Shown here: one piece after another, positions 24,549 through 37,464 of the stretch
Numbering within the stretch: the first letter of the stretch is position 1
How the letters are laid out: each line of letters begins with the position of its first letter
Origin: Alloascoidea hylecoeti
Lineage: Eukaryota
NCBI GenBank assembly: GCA_001600815.1
Contig: BCKZ01000014.1
Coordinates: 186,001-250,000 of the forward strand
Length of the DNA stretch: 64,000 bases
Direction: 5' to 3'
Notes under the pieces: model-generated
The model's database searches: none
Told to the model about the DNA's origin: nothing
The model's input: the letters and a program-made list of their open reading frames with translations, nothing else
Translations under genes and position numbers: made by a program

Positions 24549-24664
24549 GCTCCAGTGGCGCAGAGGTTAGCGCATCGTGCTTATAACCGTACAACGACGT
24601 TTATGTTAATGTCACGGTCGTGTGAGGAACGCGACGGTCGTGGGTTCAATCCCCTCCTGGAGCA
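24549..24664 (+). tRNA. tRNA-Ile(TAT) with 43-nt intron (24586-24628)
   Basis: GCTCCAGTGGCGCAGAGGTTAGCGCATCGTGCT-TAT-A[intron]ACGCGACGGTCGTGGGTTCAATCCCCTCCTGGAGCA followed by T-run. Confidence 0.93.
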
Positions 24665-25613
24665 TATTTTTTTATTTTTACTTACTATATTTTTTATAAA
24701 AAAATATCCTTGCCCCAGCGCTAATAAACCTGATCAGCTATTCGAAAAGAAAGCAGTTAAATATCTTGTATACGTAATACGTATCGATCTCAAATTGAAA
24801 CCTGCAATTGGCGATTCGAGTCGATTCGTATATGCATTTAAAAATCAACATCCGTAGTGCCTTCCTCTACACGACAAGAACCTGGTGATAAAACCCCACC
24901 AAATCATTTTAATCATGAGAAGATATTATCAAAGTTCAGTATGGGTAGGAAAAAAAGGTAGAAGTATCGAACATATGTATATTAACAAGATTATGAGATT
25001 TAAGTGGATTTTAGTGATACTATTTTTAATAATTTATATTTGTTCTTCGTTTTGTGGTTAAAATGTAACAATTTTGGGTGTTCCGGTAGGCCTTTTTGTG
25101 TCCTTTGCCCGATAGTGTAAGGAAAACAAAATCAAACACTTTTCTAAATAACTAAATCGACTTCATAGTTTAGCTTAAATAGTTGCAATAACATAAAGTT
25201 CAAATGGGGGCTTATAATTCACCGTTTGATTCTTACTCTTCATCTGAAAGCTTTCCAGAAATTGTCGCCCCAAGTTTCCAGTTAATTTCAGCAATTGAAT
25301 CAAAAACTCTGACATCAAAATCTAAAATGGTGGAAAACATATACATTAATACGGCAATTGTGGCTTATTAAAAAGTTAATAAGAAATTTAAACGCATAAG
25401 TTTAATCAGATTTGATTTGAAATCAATCTAGTTTATGTATGTATAGCTAGTAAATAAATTTATAATAAATAACGAAGTTTTATAAACAATGAATGAATGA
25501 CTATAGCTAGATCTATAATTTCAATATGAATATAATGTAGAATAAAGTCAATTGCATCTTGATATTGAGGCCAGTAATATAAATACTGTAAAAATTGATA
25601 ATAGTTAATTCAA

Positions 25614-26792
25614 TTAGAAATCTTCATTGGTATTGAACCCTGTTGTATCTTTCTGGTCAAGACTTGCCATAACACCTGTCTTTTGATAATCTGAAACTCT
25701 CTTTTCAAAGAAATTAGTCTTACCAACAAGAGAAATATTTTCCATAAAGTCGAAAGGATTTGTAGCATCATAAACCTTTTTATTTCCCAAAGCAACGAGC
25801 AATCTATCAGCAACATATTCAATGTATTGACACATCAAGTCGCAATTCATACCAAGTAATGAGACAGGAAGAGCCTCGGTAAAGTATTCTTTTTCAATCA
25901 CAACAGCTTCAGTGACAATTTTCTCGACAATAGCTGGATCAGGTTTATTTTGCAAGTGAGCGAATAATAAACATCCAAAATCTGTATGTAGACCTTCATC
26001 TCGACAGATAAGTTCATTAGAAAAGGTTAAACCAGGCATTAAACCTCTCTTTTTCAACCAAAATATGGCAGCAAATGATCCAGAGAAAAATACACCTTCA
26101 ATAGTTGCAAAAGCAACTAATCGTTCCCCAAATAATGCTTCATCGTCGTTAATCCATTTCAAAGTCCAGTCAGCCTTCTGTTTGATACATGGGATGTTGA
26201 CAATTGCATTAAGAAGAAAGTCTTTTTCAATAGGGTCTCTAATGTAAGTATCTAACTGTACAGAGTAAGTTTCAGAATGTATATTTTCTGTCATGATCTG
26301 GAACCCATAGAAACTTTTGGCTTCAGGAATTTGAACCTCTGCTGAAAAGTTCTCAACTAAATTTTCATTAACAAGACCATCAGATGCTGCAAAAAAAGCC
26401 AATACTCTTGAGATAAAGAATCTCTCATTTTCGTTTAACTTAGTGTCCCAGTCAGGTATATCCTTAGCAAGATCAATTTCCTCTGTAGTCCAGAAGGAAG
26501 CCTCGTGCTTCTTGTACATTTGCCAAATTTCACCATATTTAATTGGAAACATAACAAATCTGCGTTTGTTTTCCTTGAGAAGTGGTTCATTCGCTTCCAA
26601 TGCCTTTAAGGCATGACGACGAACTTTATGTTTGGCAAGAAATGCTTGATGTTCTGATAGATCTTTTTCCTTGTTAATTGCATCATCAGGATTTACAACT
26701 CCTTTTTTAATATTCTCTGCATGGGTTTGTTCAGCTAACTTTAGTTCAGCAAGAGTTTTAGTAGTACCAGAAATTGAATCTGTATTGGACAT
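25614..26792 (-). CDS. RNR2: Ribonucleotide reductase small subunit
   Basis: [26 protein letters not shown] (radical Tyr), [27 protein letters not shown]; iron ligands intact. Confidence 0.93.
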   Translation of the reverse strand: MSNTDSISGTTKTLAELKLAEQTHAENIKKGVVNPDDAINKEKDLSEHQAFLAKHKVRRHALKALEANEPLLKENKRRFVMFPIKYGEIWQMYKKHEASFWTTEEIDLAKDIPDWDTKLNENERFFISRVLAFFAASDGLVNENLVENFSAEVQIPEAKSFYGFQIMTENIHSETYSVQLDTYIRDPIEKDFLLNAIVNIPCIKQKADWTLKWINDDEALFGERLVAFATIEGVFFSGSFAAIFWLKKRGLMPGLTFSNELICRDEGLHTDFGCLLFAHLQNKPDPAIVEKIVTEAVVIEKEYFTEALPVSLLGMNCDLMCQYIEYVADRLLVALGNKKVYDATNPFDFMENISLVGKTNFFEKRVSDYQKTGVMASLDQKDTTGFNTNEDF

Positions 26793-28240
26793 TATAAGAA
26801 GTTATGAAAGTAAAAGTAAAAGTAAAAGTAAAAGTAAAATTGAAGTTTCAATATATGAATTGATGTTTAAACATAAAAATTGAAGGAAATACTCGACTTT
26901 TATATTCTATGAATTATATGAGAAATATAAATGTGTATCTCCAGTTGATTGATCTTTACATAATATTCATTATATTCAGAGCTAGAACTTCCACGTTATT
27001 GAATTAATATAGTCAAATCCGTATCAAATATTACACGGGTTTAAAATGTAGCTATAGATCAACATAAAATGACCTGACTTTAAAATATATTATCGCTTAA
27101 AATTACATGAATCATGATTTGTATCTTCCCTCAATTTTTTTCTAGAGCTGATTAGCACAAACTATAAAGTTTTTATTTTTATAATAAAATATAATCGATC
27201 AATTGATTTGAATATTAGTTATTATAACTCCTGTGGAACTGGGATTTTTTATCATTACCTGGCTATAAATTTATACATAACACAGTTTTAACCAGATTAA
27301 AGATTCTTCATCAACTACAAGTTATTGACCCTCTAACAAGGATTATCAAAACTTTTTACGGTCTTGCAACCACCATTTACAATTCAGCGATTGTAATTAA
27401 AATACCATTATAATCTTGTGATGTTTATAATTATATACCCATAGGACTAACGTTAATTAACTGATCTTGATCATTAATCTTGGTTTAAAAATATTTTAAC
27501 GATTGAAAGACAGTTTAAATTCCCTGCGTTTGATGCGATGCGATGCCCTGAGATATTAATAAAATGATAATTATAAACACTGTTATTCAAATTAATCTCA
27601 AATTAACAGGTTGCAGTTGGTTATATATTGGAAGCTTTAACTAAGTGATCTCAAAATTAAATGTTCTTAAATGTATAAGGCTGTTGTAGTCTACCAGATC
27701 AGGAATAGTCCCAAATCACAAGGCCTGATGGTGAGTACGAAATTAATTTAAATAGCGGTATACCAACATCGGTGCAATTAATGTGGTTCCATCTTTTTCT
27801 AGGATTTATTCTGGGGATCTCATTTAAGTATAAAACTTTATAACCATAGTTAGACATGTACCACTCATTCGATTGAACTAATCACAATATCGGCGTGTTA
27901 TTTATAAGCTGATTAAGTATACTAAAGGAGTTAGTTGTTTTCACGGCAAATAAGAAAGCAGTTATAGTTAACTCTTCCTAGCGCTCCTTTTATTCTTCTT
28001 ATACATCATATATAAGGCTTATATTGATAATGAAATAGCTTACTATTCTGTGAATGGATTAATTTTAGGCTTTAAATTGTAAGCATCGATATCATAATTA
28101 TAATTAATATCGATATAATTTTCTCTTTTTTTTTTAGAGAGCCAGTAAACTTTAAGGAATAGTAATCTTAATCGTTTGTAACCTTTTAACACAAATTGAT
28201 AGATCAAACAATTCTAGACCTAGAAGCATTTGACAATCGT

Positions 28241-28813
28241 ACGCGTCGTGTTCGTGTTTGGTCACTCACTTCAAGTCACTGATGTCGGAGTTATAAGTTA
28301 AAATGATAATTAAAAATTAAAACTGTGGGAAACCCCATTACTTTGATTGTCATTATAAGGATATAACGGATATTTAAAAATATTAAAAATTGATAATAAT
28401 ATTTGAGCTCATTTGATTTGTTTGGTTTAAATTCAATCTTTAAAATTAAATTCATATGTTTAGCAAGCTTCATCAATCGGTTACAGTCTATAACTATAGC
28501 TAACCGAAGAACTTTATGGATGATATTACTTGTTTGATATGCCAAATAATACTCCTGTCGATCAATTTTTTTTAACGCCAGCTAATAAAAACCATATTCC
28601 GATTGTATTCCGAGATCCTTCCGGTTTTGTTCCGAGTGTGCAAACACCTGCAGCTATATTATACCATGTGACGTATAACGCGAAAGTAACGCGAATACTA
28701 CACGATCGCGCTATTGTTAATAAATTTGAAACAACATATAAAAATATAATTACAACATAGTTAGACGTTATTCTACAGCTAAATATTATATATATACAGT
28801 GTTATACACGCGT
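28241..28813. promoter_or_regulatory. Cluster of MCB/SCB-like elements
   Basis: ACGCGT at 28241 and 28808, ACGCGAAA at 28678, ACGCGAA at 28689 in otherwise CpG-poor DNA upstream of RNR2. Confidence 0.5.
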
Positions 28814-30117
28814 ATCATTTTGACACCACGGTTGGTTCCTTGTCTACTATTTATTATGACTGATTGCTCTAATTTCTAATTAATAAGTAGTACCTTATAA
28901 CCCCTAAAGTCCCTAAAGATGTACTATCAATAATAACGTTACTTTCTATTGCTATAATTTAGATCCTAAGTTTATAGCTAATTAATATAACTGTTCCTGA
29001 TATTGGTATAACCCAATTGCAAATATATCAGATTATCATGATCATGGATGTCATATGGCACACTTAATTAAGCAGCCCACAAAGAGTCAATTGCAAATTG
29101 CTAGAAAGGAAAGTTTTAATTTTAGTTATAAAATAATTAAGCTTAAGCCTGATTATATTATAAGGTAATTATAACTCGTTAACAGTTATTTCTGGTATAT
29201 AAGCTTACATTTCTGAAAAGCTGACAAAAATAACAACATATTGATATTATTAATACTCCAATTGCAAATCAGTTTAATATTAAAGCCCAATTAAATATCG
29301 ATGTATACGATATATTATTCGTGAACAGTGAATACTAAGGCAATTAATATCTCAAAGACCTTAATCTCATGATTCCAGCAGTAATACTTTTAGCTGTTTA
29401 CCTTCGAGTAAGTATAAGCAATATAGGAGTTATGCACTTATTTAGTAGTAGTTCATATACACCGTAATATTCCAATATCAAAGTTATCATCGATTCTCCA
29501 TTGCAAACAGCAGTCATCGATTAATATCACTCATGGGTATATGATTAAGAAATATTAATTTAAACAAAATTAGTACTAGTTTGATTTACTTATTATAAAA
29601 CATTATGTTTTATAGTTTTATATATATACTTATTATAATACTATTCTATATTCTATAACTAATTATCAATTGAATCTATAACGTATCTAGATATACATAT
29701 AATAATATAATAAATAGGCGCCCATGGAAGAGTTTGGCTATCTAATTTCTGTTTTTCAAAAGAGAATATCAAATCAATAGACAAATTCAATAGCCGCTAT
29801 CATGGTATTTTGATCATGACTTTGGTATTATTATATGGTATAACGTTAGATTTGAATGTATTTGGATTCTTAAATGTGGAAAAAGAACAAGATCCAGATC
29901 AGATGTCATGCATCTTTAGTTATCTTCAGTTCTTTATTTAATTGTAACCAATCATTTTAAAACTCGGTCTCAAATTGATTTAATCAATACATCTTCAAAA
30001 ACAAATAATAAAATATCAATTCACACAATACAGTAGACCATAGTTGTTCCATGATGTCCCTGCATATTAAAGGGTCATAGGGGTCCAAAATTAGTTACCG
30101 ATAATTAGTGCTCAGAA

Positions 30118-30144
30118 TGACCGAAGTTAAGTGAAATGACTGTA
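30118..30144. mobile_element. MITE-family TIR end
   Basis: tgaccgaagttaagtgaaatgactg|TA, reverse complement of the TIR at 53372. Confidence 0.5.
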
Positions 30145-30961
30145 TAATTTTCAAAATTCATATATATATATATGACTATTAAAGTAATGTAATACCCGGA
30201 GATTTTGTAAGTTATCGAGGACCCAATCTATATTTTATACGTATACCATATGGTTGAATCTTAATCCAGTATAAACATTTCATTTAAGAGCCATGTTCAT
30301 ATATCAAAACATTTGAACTTTCAAACATGTAATTCTTTGGGGAAATGGTCGCACCGACGTGCGTTACGTCATGCATGTCAAACTCCAGATTAATTGCAGC
30401 TATGCATAATAGTATATAAGCATTAAGTTTGCATAAAGATAACAATTGCAAATTAATCGCGGTTCGCGATAGCGCCGCCCAAGCCCTTAACCTAGCTAAT
30501 TACGTTTACCATAGCCTTTGATAATCAAGGTTGGTGATTTATGTAGATCCAAAAAGCTTGCAATGGGTTAAACGAGAGATGAGTATGAATTTTCTAAAAA
30601 AAATATAATAATAACTTAAAAAAAATACTATACAAATGAAAGTAAAAAGCAAATCAAAAGAATACAAATAGTAATAGATATGCATAACACACATAGAGAA
30701 CGATTACAAAAGGAGACACATTTAAAAAGAAAGCAAAAATATATTGACATTATACAATAATAAGTGTTTGTCCATATACCTCCTAACGGTTATGAAGAAG
30801 ATATTAATCCATTTATTAAATGAAACCCCCCAGGTCTTTAATGCTTGAGCGATGAAATTTATCAAACGACTGTGCCTATAAATATGAGGCTGATATTGAT
30901 AGTAGTCTAAAAAAACTACTTATGAATGGGAAATAAACTCAATTTACAATTTTTAGTAAAT

Positions 30962-32872
30962 TTATGTTTGGATTCCAAGTCTCAATGGAAGTGTTTGCTC
31001 TTGGGAATAACTGGGATCATCAACATTATTCAATAACTGTTGCTGATTGTTATAACCGTTAGCATCGCCATTATCAGGTATATACTGAGCCTCTGATTGT
31101 TGCTCATTATAAGTATAATTAGCATCATAAGAATATCCCTGATTTATATGGGGATTGTTTTCAGGTTTTCTTCTTTTGGGGATCGAGATCTTATTTCCGT
31201 CAGCAGTGACGTCATTTTGAATAGGTGAGCTGATGAAATTATTAACAGAAGGAGTTTGTCGAAACGATTGGTTAGATTCAGTTGTAGTTGTTAAAGTACT
31301 ACCTGAGCTTGAATATTCAACTGCAAGAGGTGAGCTTACTTGCCTTTTTGAGTTTTTTCTGTTAAGATTTATAGTTTGGTTGTTGTATGAAATTTCAGGT
31401 GCTGCAATTGCATTATTACTAGAGCCTGGCCGTAAAGCAACGTTTCCATAACTGTCTAAAAATAGATCATCTGAGCCATCATCACCACCCGTGTACTCCT
31501 GATTATGAGTTAAACTTCCAATAAAGGAAGATCTCAAGTCACCACTACCACGCCATCCTTTTTTCATTTTAGCTGCTAATTGGGCTTTCAGTGCATCAAA
31601 CCATTCCCATCTATTCCATTTATCGAAACCTTGCGAACTCCCATTCCTCGCAATAACACTTACCGCATCATCAACTGTTAAATATTCGGTTGCTGGAAGT
31701 TGTGGTAAACCGAAAAATAAAGAACTTTCAGATGTTCTACTTGAATCCAAGTGATCTGGTCTTCCGTATAATAAGAATGCATCATAAAGAGGTAGTAAAA
31801 ACCGTATTAATGTATCGTAGCCAGGAACAGCAGCATGTGGATCGGGCATAATTTCCAAAACATTATGATTAGTACCATCTTTACAAATAATATCACCTTC
31901 AATTTTAAGTAGATTTGATGATTCTATTAATACAGAACTTGAAGGATACATTGCAGAACATGAATAAATGAATTTAACTTCAGCAATTAAATCCTTTTTC
32001 TTTTCTTTTTCATTTTTAAATATTTTAAAGGAACCAATTTTTCTTTTTTTACTTCTAATTGAAGATTTTGATGGTTCAATAATGACAAAACAATGAATCC
32101 ATTTACCACCACCAGATCCAAAACGTAAATTAACCCAATTTTTAACTAAAAATCTTGATCCTGCTAATATTGTTTTAATATCACTTATCATAATACCTTT
32201 TGTTGCTAATAATGAAGCTGTATATGCTTCACTTAATTTAATATTTTCAAAACTTGAAAGTCTTAAGCTTGCATGCCATCTTTCCCATGTTTTCTCGTCA
32301 TCAAAAAGTAAATAATAGCGAGTAGTAGATATCGTTGAAATACATAAAACATTAGAAAGAAGTTGATTATCAGACGTCGTCAAATTTTTATAGGGTTTTA
32401 CTGTAATATCGACAACATTTGCAAAAATAGGTTTAGGTAAGGCATCTGAACTGATTGATAAATCACAGCCAGATAGCCGACCAAATCCTTCAACCCAGCC
32501 TTCTTTTGAACCTTCCTTTAACACCGACAACGATCCTTCAATATATATCCTACTTTGTTGAGCGGCAATGATAGTCAATGTAGGAATGAGCTTCTTTGGA
32601 GTGTCTTCCGGAATATCCCAAGCAGAACCACTGGTCCAAGCGGCAGATTTTGATTTATAATGATTTGGTAAAAAAATGGAATTCCGGGATCTTCTTGAGT
32701 TTGAACGAGGTCTAAAAGCCGAAGCAGGCAAAGAAGCATGACGATTGAGCCGTTGATAATTTGCAGGAAGTGCTATTTGGGGCTGACTGTCATTAGAAGA
32801 GGAAATGGCCGACAAGGAGGTTCTTGATGCATAGGTAGACGATTGTGAGGAGGAGGCTCTTGATGGAATCAT
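30962..32872 (-). CDS. Second Skg3/Caf120-family PH-domain protein
   Basis: LRLSSFENIKLSEAYTASLL, WVNLRFGSG, MPDPHAAVPGYDTLIRFLLPLYDAFLLYGRP align with the 1453-4065 protein. Confidence 0.8.
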   Translation of the reverse strand: MIPSRASSSQSSTYASRTSLSAISSSNDSQPQIALPANYQRLNRHASLPASAFRPRSNSRRSRNSIFLPNHYKSKSAAWTSGSAWDIPEDTPKKLIPTLTIIAAQQSRIYIEGSLSVLKEGSKEGWVEGFGRLSGCDLSISSDALPKPIFANVVDITVKPYKNLTTSDNQLLSNVLCISTISTTRYYLLFDDEKTWERWHASLRLSSFENIKLSEAYTASLLATKGIMISDIKTILAGSRFLVKNWVNLRFGSGGGKWIHCFVIIEPSKSSIRSKKRKIGSFKIFKNEKEKKKDLIAEVKFIYSCSAMYPSSSVLIESSNLLKIEGDIICKDGTNHNVLEIMPDPHAAVPGYDTLIRFLLPLYDAFLLYGRPDHLDSSRTSESSLFFGLPQLPATEYLTVDDAVSVIARNGSSQGFDKWNRWEWFDALKAQLAAKMKKGWRGSGDLRSSFIGSLTHNQEYTGGDDGSDDLFLDSYGNVALRPGSSNNAIAAPEISYNNQTINLNRKNSKRQVSSPLAVEYSSSGSTLTTTTESNQSFRQTPSVNNFISSPIQNDVTADGNKISIPKRRKPENNPHINQGYSYDANYTYNEQQSEAQYIPDNGDANGYNNQQQLLNNVDDPSYSQEQTLPLRLGIQT

Positions 32873-34348
32873 AATGAAGAATGCTTATTTGGAAATTTGA
32901 AAAGAAAAACGATTTTCTTAGTTTATATATAAAAGACCCTTTGTAACTTATAAGCTTTTAGGTTTTGGTAGGCGGCTGCGGCTTCTGCGGATCAAGAGTG
33001 TTTAAGTATTGGTGACGCATCATGCACTGCGACCAAATTGCCAAAATCTGATAAAAGGATCTTGCATTCTGTATAGCCATTACACCTGACATTACATATT
33101 TATATGAAGTCAGTTAACAGCAGCAGAACAATGTATTTACAAAATTAGTACTGCTTTTTTGCAATTACAATTATATTGCTCGATACCGAATCGATTATCC
33201 CAAGAGTTCGGGAGGCTGATGAAGAATAGTTGCTATAGTAACGTTGGTGAGTTGGATTCTGGCAATTGTTTCAGTGCAGTGGCATCAACAATTCTGGCTA
33301 TAGTTAAATAATATAAGCTTCTAATCCAGAACCGCTGATCATGATTCAATGAGAGAAAGGCAAGAATAATAAAGTTAACTTTTGCATTACATTCCCTTAT
33401 TGTTATTGTATTGTTAAGGTTTGCAATTGTGCCGGATCCTATAATTTATAATCATACTACATTATATAGTTTAAATTTCAAGCCATGAACAGATAGTAAT
33501 ATGTTATTATTATATGTCTTATCGAGATTCAAGATCATTAACAAATTTAGGATCTTTCTTGAAAAATTAATATAGTGAAGAAAAAATATTTATCCTGATA
33601 CACATGAACCTGACATCCGCATAAATTATCATCTATTAAAAATTACGTAGATGCAAGTTGGTTGTTTTATGGTTCTTTTTTCATTGTTGTTAATGAAGAG
33701 TAAAAAGACCATACACATGAAAGGACTTTGATTTGATATGATGTTACTAGTTTCGTGCAACGGTATGATTATCAACATTAACAAACGTCGATATTTAACT
33801 AACATAGATGGTTTTAAATATGTTTTATGATGTTTTACATACCATTTTGGAATTAACGGTTTCTATGTTTTGCCGCTTGAGTTGGTATGATAATATTAAA
33901 TGCGACGAAATCATCTATGCGTCTACATAATACCTGCATAATTATAAATATATTCAGTTGCGGTACTAATTTAATTGGATATGATCTAAAGAATAAACAA
34001 TATTTGTAATCATGTTAACGTTGGATTCATAATATCATATCATGAATTGTTTTGTCTTCATATCTGACTGACTGTAAAGTTATAAGGGCAAGTGGGGTAC
34101 AAACAGCGTGCTACCAACAGCAGAACACATATCATAAGAAACACAAGAACTAAAAGGCATTTTAAAATTTATCAATTTTATTAGATACTATGATTATCTT
34201 AGGTGAGACACGGGAGAATTTGGTATTTTCTCTTTTAAAGATTGTACTACAAGTATTTGGGAATTTTGGGGTATGGAATTTTGAGATGATTTTCGGAACT
34301 CGCGGTTTGTACCACATTTACCGTGCCGTATAAAGTGTGTGCACGTTT

Positions 34349-34522
34349 CTCCGCCCAAGGAAAATAAAAATCAAGGCATACCTTTCAAAAATTCAAAAAA
34401 TTCAAAATAAAATTCAAAAGATATAAACCTATGTTCTTTATTTATAGATTGTTAATTTCTTTTTGAATTTTTTGAATTTTTTAAAAGGTGTGTCTTGATT
34501 TTTATGTTTTCCCCGGACGAAG
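34349..34522. repeat. ~60-bp imperfect inverted repeat (MITE-like)
   Basis: ggaaaataaaaatcaaggcatacctttcaaaaattcaaaaaattcaaaa vs ttttgaattttttgaattttttaaaaggtgtgtcttgatttttatgttttcc. Confidence 0.7.
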
Positions 34523-36164
34523 TAACAAACCATGTCCAATGAAGGTCATACATTCTAGCCCTATATGTATAAAAATTGTCATAAATTTCCAGAGGAAAGC
34601 GGAGAAGAAGTACGTAGGGTTTGATTTCTTATCTACATATAAGATTTGAAAGGCTTAGTATGACCGAATATTTAGCGCCCAATTCCAAAAGTGCCAATTA
34701 TTGGCATCCAATGGTCGAATATAGTTAATTATGTGGTCCGATATTAGCAGAACACCAATCTAGAAATTTCATTCAAAGAATGGGCGAATATATAGTACAT
34801 CATATGGTTGAATAAATAATTCAAAATGGTACTGAATATTAGTTTATCAAGTGGTCTAAATTAAGATGTTGTTTTATTAAGCCTTCGCGATCGGTTAAAG
34901 GAGTTTTAATTAACCTAATTCCTTAGGGAAGAATCTGGGAACTGCGAAGTCTTTTCCAATATTGTTACAGGATACTTTAGGCTTCAGCCGTGCGTAAACA
35001 AGACTGTTGTAACTATAAACGTCGATTATTCATTTACCGGTTTGAATCAATTGCTAGGTAATTTAGAACGGTGGTGAATGTCGGTTAATGATTAAAAAAG
35101 AAAATTGAACTTTACACATTTGAACTTTGAAGGTCCATTTTCCCTTATCATACACACTTATAATTATATTCTTGATATTTGTACATGTAACAATAAATTT
35201 ACTCATGTAATCATAAATGCAAATTTTCATTTGCAACCAGAGGAGTACTACATCTACATGTATTTCAAATTTTAAGTATGGATGCTATAGTAAATAATTA
35301 GCTTTCGCTTCTACATGATTAATAAGGCAGGGTATCAGGGACAGCAATGCATTTTACACATTATAGAGGGGGTATAGATTTGTTGAGAAACTTAATATGA
35401 AAATTTAATCCTTGAGAGCTCAAATAATGAGGAAAAATCAGTTTCACACTTGTATCCGATGATTCTGATCTATCTTTCCTTAAAAATGTGTCCCTCCATT
35501 ATTATTATCTTTTTTATCTAAAAGATCAGACGACTAGAAGACGTTATTTCAACCCTCTAAAATATGGAAAATGTTAGATTCAAGTCATATGGCACCTAAA
35601 TTCCGCTGGTGATATTACTACTGGCGTAAAAGTAAATAGCAATGAAGAATATACGGTTGATAGAGCCTATGAAAATGACGTACTTAATAGTATTCAAAAT
35701 AGAGAAGAAGTTAAAGTTAATACTAATTATAATTCAATTGATATTAGATACCAAGTTGGTTGAAGATCAAGATATTAGTGATCATTTTAACATAAACTTT
35801 GGTGCTCCCAATCCCATCTCCTTTACAAATATCCTAATTGTTACATGTAGCTTTAGTTCCCTATAGCATGTACCTCTTCGCTTCTAATTTAATTGGTGTT
35901 CAATTTTTGCCTTAATTATGTGTTCTCCTATACTTTTTTTTCTAATTGGCTTTATAATTCTTAAATGAAAATGCTGTATCACCTAACGTTTACCTCTAGT
36001 AATTGACTCCAAGCAACTCTAATTTACCAATAATCTTATATTCGGATTAAGACAATAAAGAGATTTACAAACACAATGGGAAAAACTATTTTGTGATTAA
36101 GACGGTCCCGGTATGGGTGTCGGTATAGGGTCGAAAAGTTACCAGCACATGTAGGATAAGAGGA

Positions 36165-36349
36165 GAGTTATTTCACTTAATATCGGCGGCCATGTTGGTT
36201 ATTAAATATCGGGCACCAGAGCATTAAATTTAGTCACTATTATTACAGGCATCCTAGGGGTATGTACGGAACAAACAAGGGTGTCAAGCCCTGCAGAAAA
36301 ATGGCTGATACTTAATAATCAGAATGGACGAAAGTAAGTGAGATGACTT
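36165..36349. mobile_element. MITE with both degenerate TIRs (~185 bp)
   Basis: gagttatttcacttaatatcggc ... atggacgaaagtaagtgagatgactt|TA; shares sub-terminal tcagaatg with the 30111 copy. Confidence 0.5.
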
Positions 36350-37464
36350 TATAATATATATTCGTACCTATATGTATAGTAAATACTTCTCTTTTAATTA
36401 ATCATAATCATTACATGGCTCTACACGTTACCACGCAATAGTTTAAACTGTTCCATGGTTTCCTCAAGATGTACTTCGGGGGCTTTCTCTAGCAAGTATT
36501 AGCCCAGTAATTAACATCATAAAGAAATTTAAATCATTAGCTGATTACAATTCATGATCATTATGGCGTTGTCTAACAGAGCGTTAATTAAATTTCGTGA
36601 GAGGTGACATACTATTATGATACATCGTTATATTTCTTATAATCACCGTGAATCACTGCAAATTGCATCTCTATAAAATCTACGATATACTCTCCCCAAA
36701 AATACTCAAAATGCTTTTCTAGAAATAAATGCAAGTAACAAATTTAAATCAATGAATCGAATATCGAAATACTTTAAGCATCATTTTCCGTAACACACAT
36801 GGAAGATCTTCAAGGCATCCTTACAGCTAGTATTGTAGATTATTAGTCTCCTTTTATCTGTCACTATATGTTTATATTCTCATAATCCAAATTGTAGTCC
36901 TTAGAATAATAGTTAAGTGCTGTTGGCGATTTAGATCTGTTTACTATCTCGTCATATATGAGTAAATGCCCTCCTATTTTGAACGAATCAAATTTCAATA
37001 TATCCTAAAAAAATTTAATATAATCGTAGACTCCTGCAGATGTCCCGAAATCGTAAAATTGCATTTTGTAGCTTTAATAATCTTTATAGCGCTATATCTT
37101 CAGCGATTCCTAAAATTAAGGCTTGGTAATTTTAGGGACCAGAGTAAATAACAATTTACTAATATTATAAATGATTAATAAGTAACTATAAGTTATCAAA
37201 TAAGCTATATATACATATAGATGTATGGATATTATATAATTTAGGGCCTATATATGTGTGCGGCTTTAAACCTAAACTTTCATTTACGGTTAAAGTTTTT
37301 GTTACTGTTTGGTTACCTTTTATGCAGCAACGGATGTAGTCATTAAGAATTGTTCCGATTTCCAGCCGTTCTCCATGAGATTATATTATTTAAATATTTT
37401 AAAGTCATATAAATACGACGATGATTGCCAAATATTTTAAATTTTGTAAAATAAAAGTGTGGTC

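Noticed and set aside
13170..24857. ORFs 13170-13403, 13301-13489 and 24525-24857
   Set aside because: They overlap tRNA genes, which explain the sequence.
25614..26792. Catalytically dead Rnr4-like subunit
   Set aside because: Iron ligands and the radical tyrosine are all present.
34660..34866. CRISPR-like array
   Set aside because: Eukaryotic context, short degenerate repeats, irregular spacing, no cas genes.
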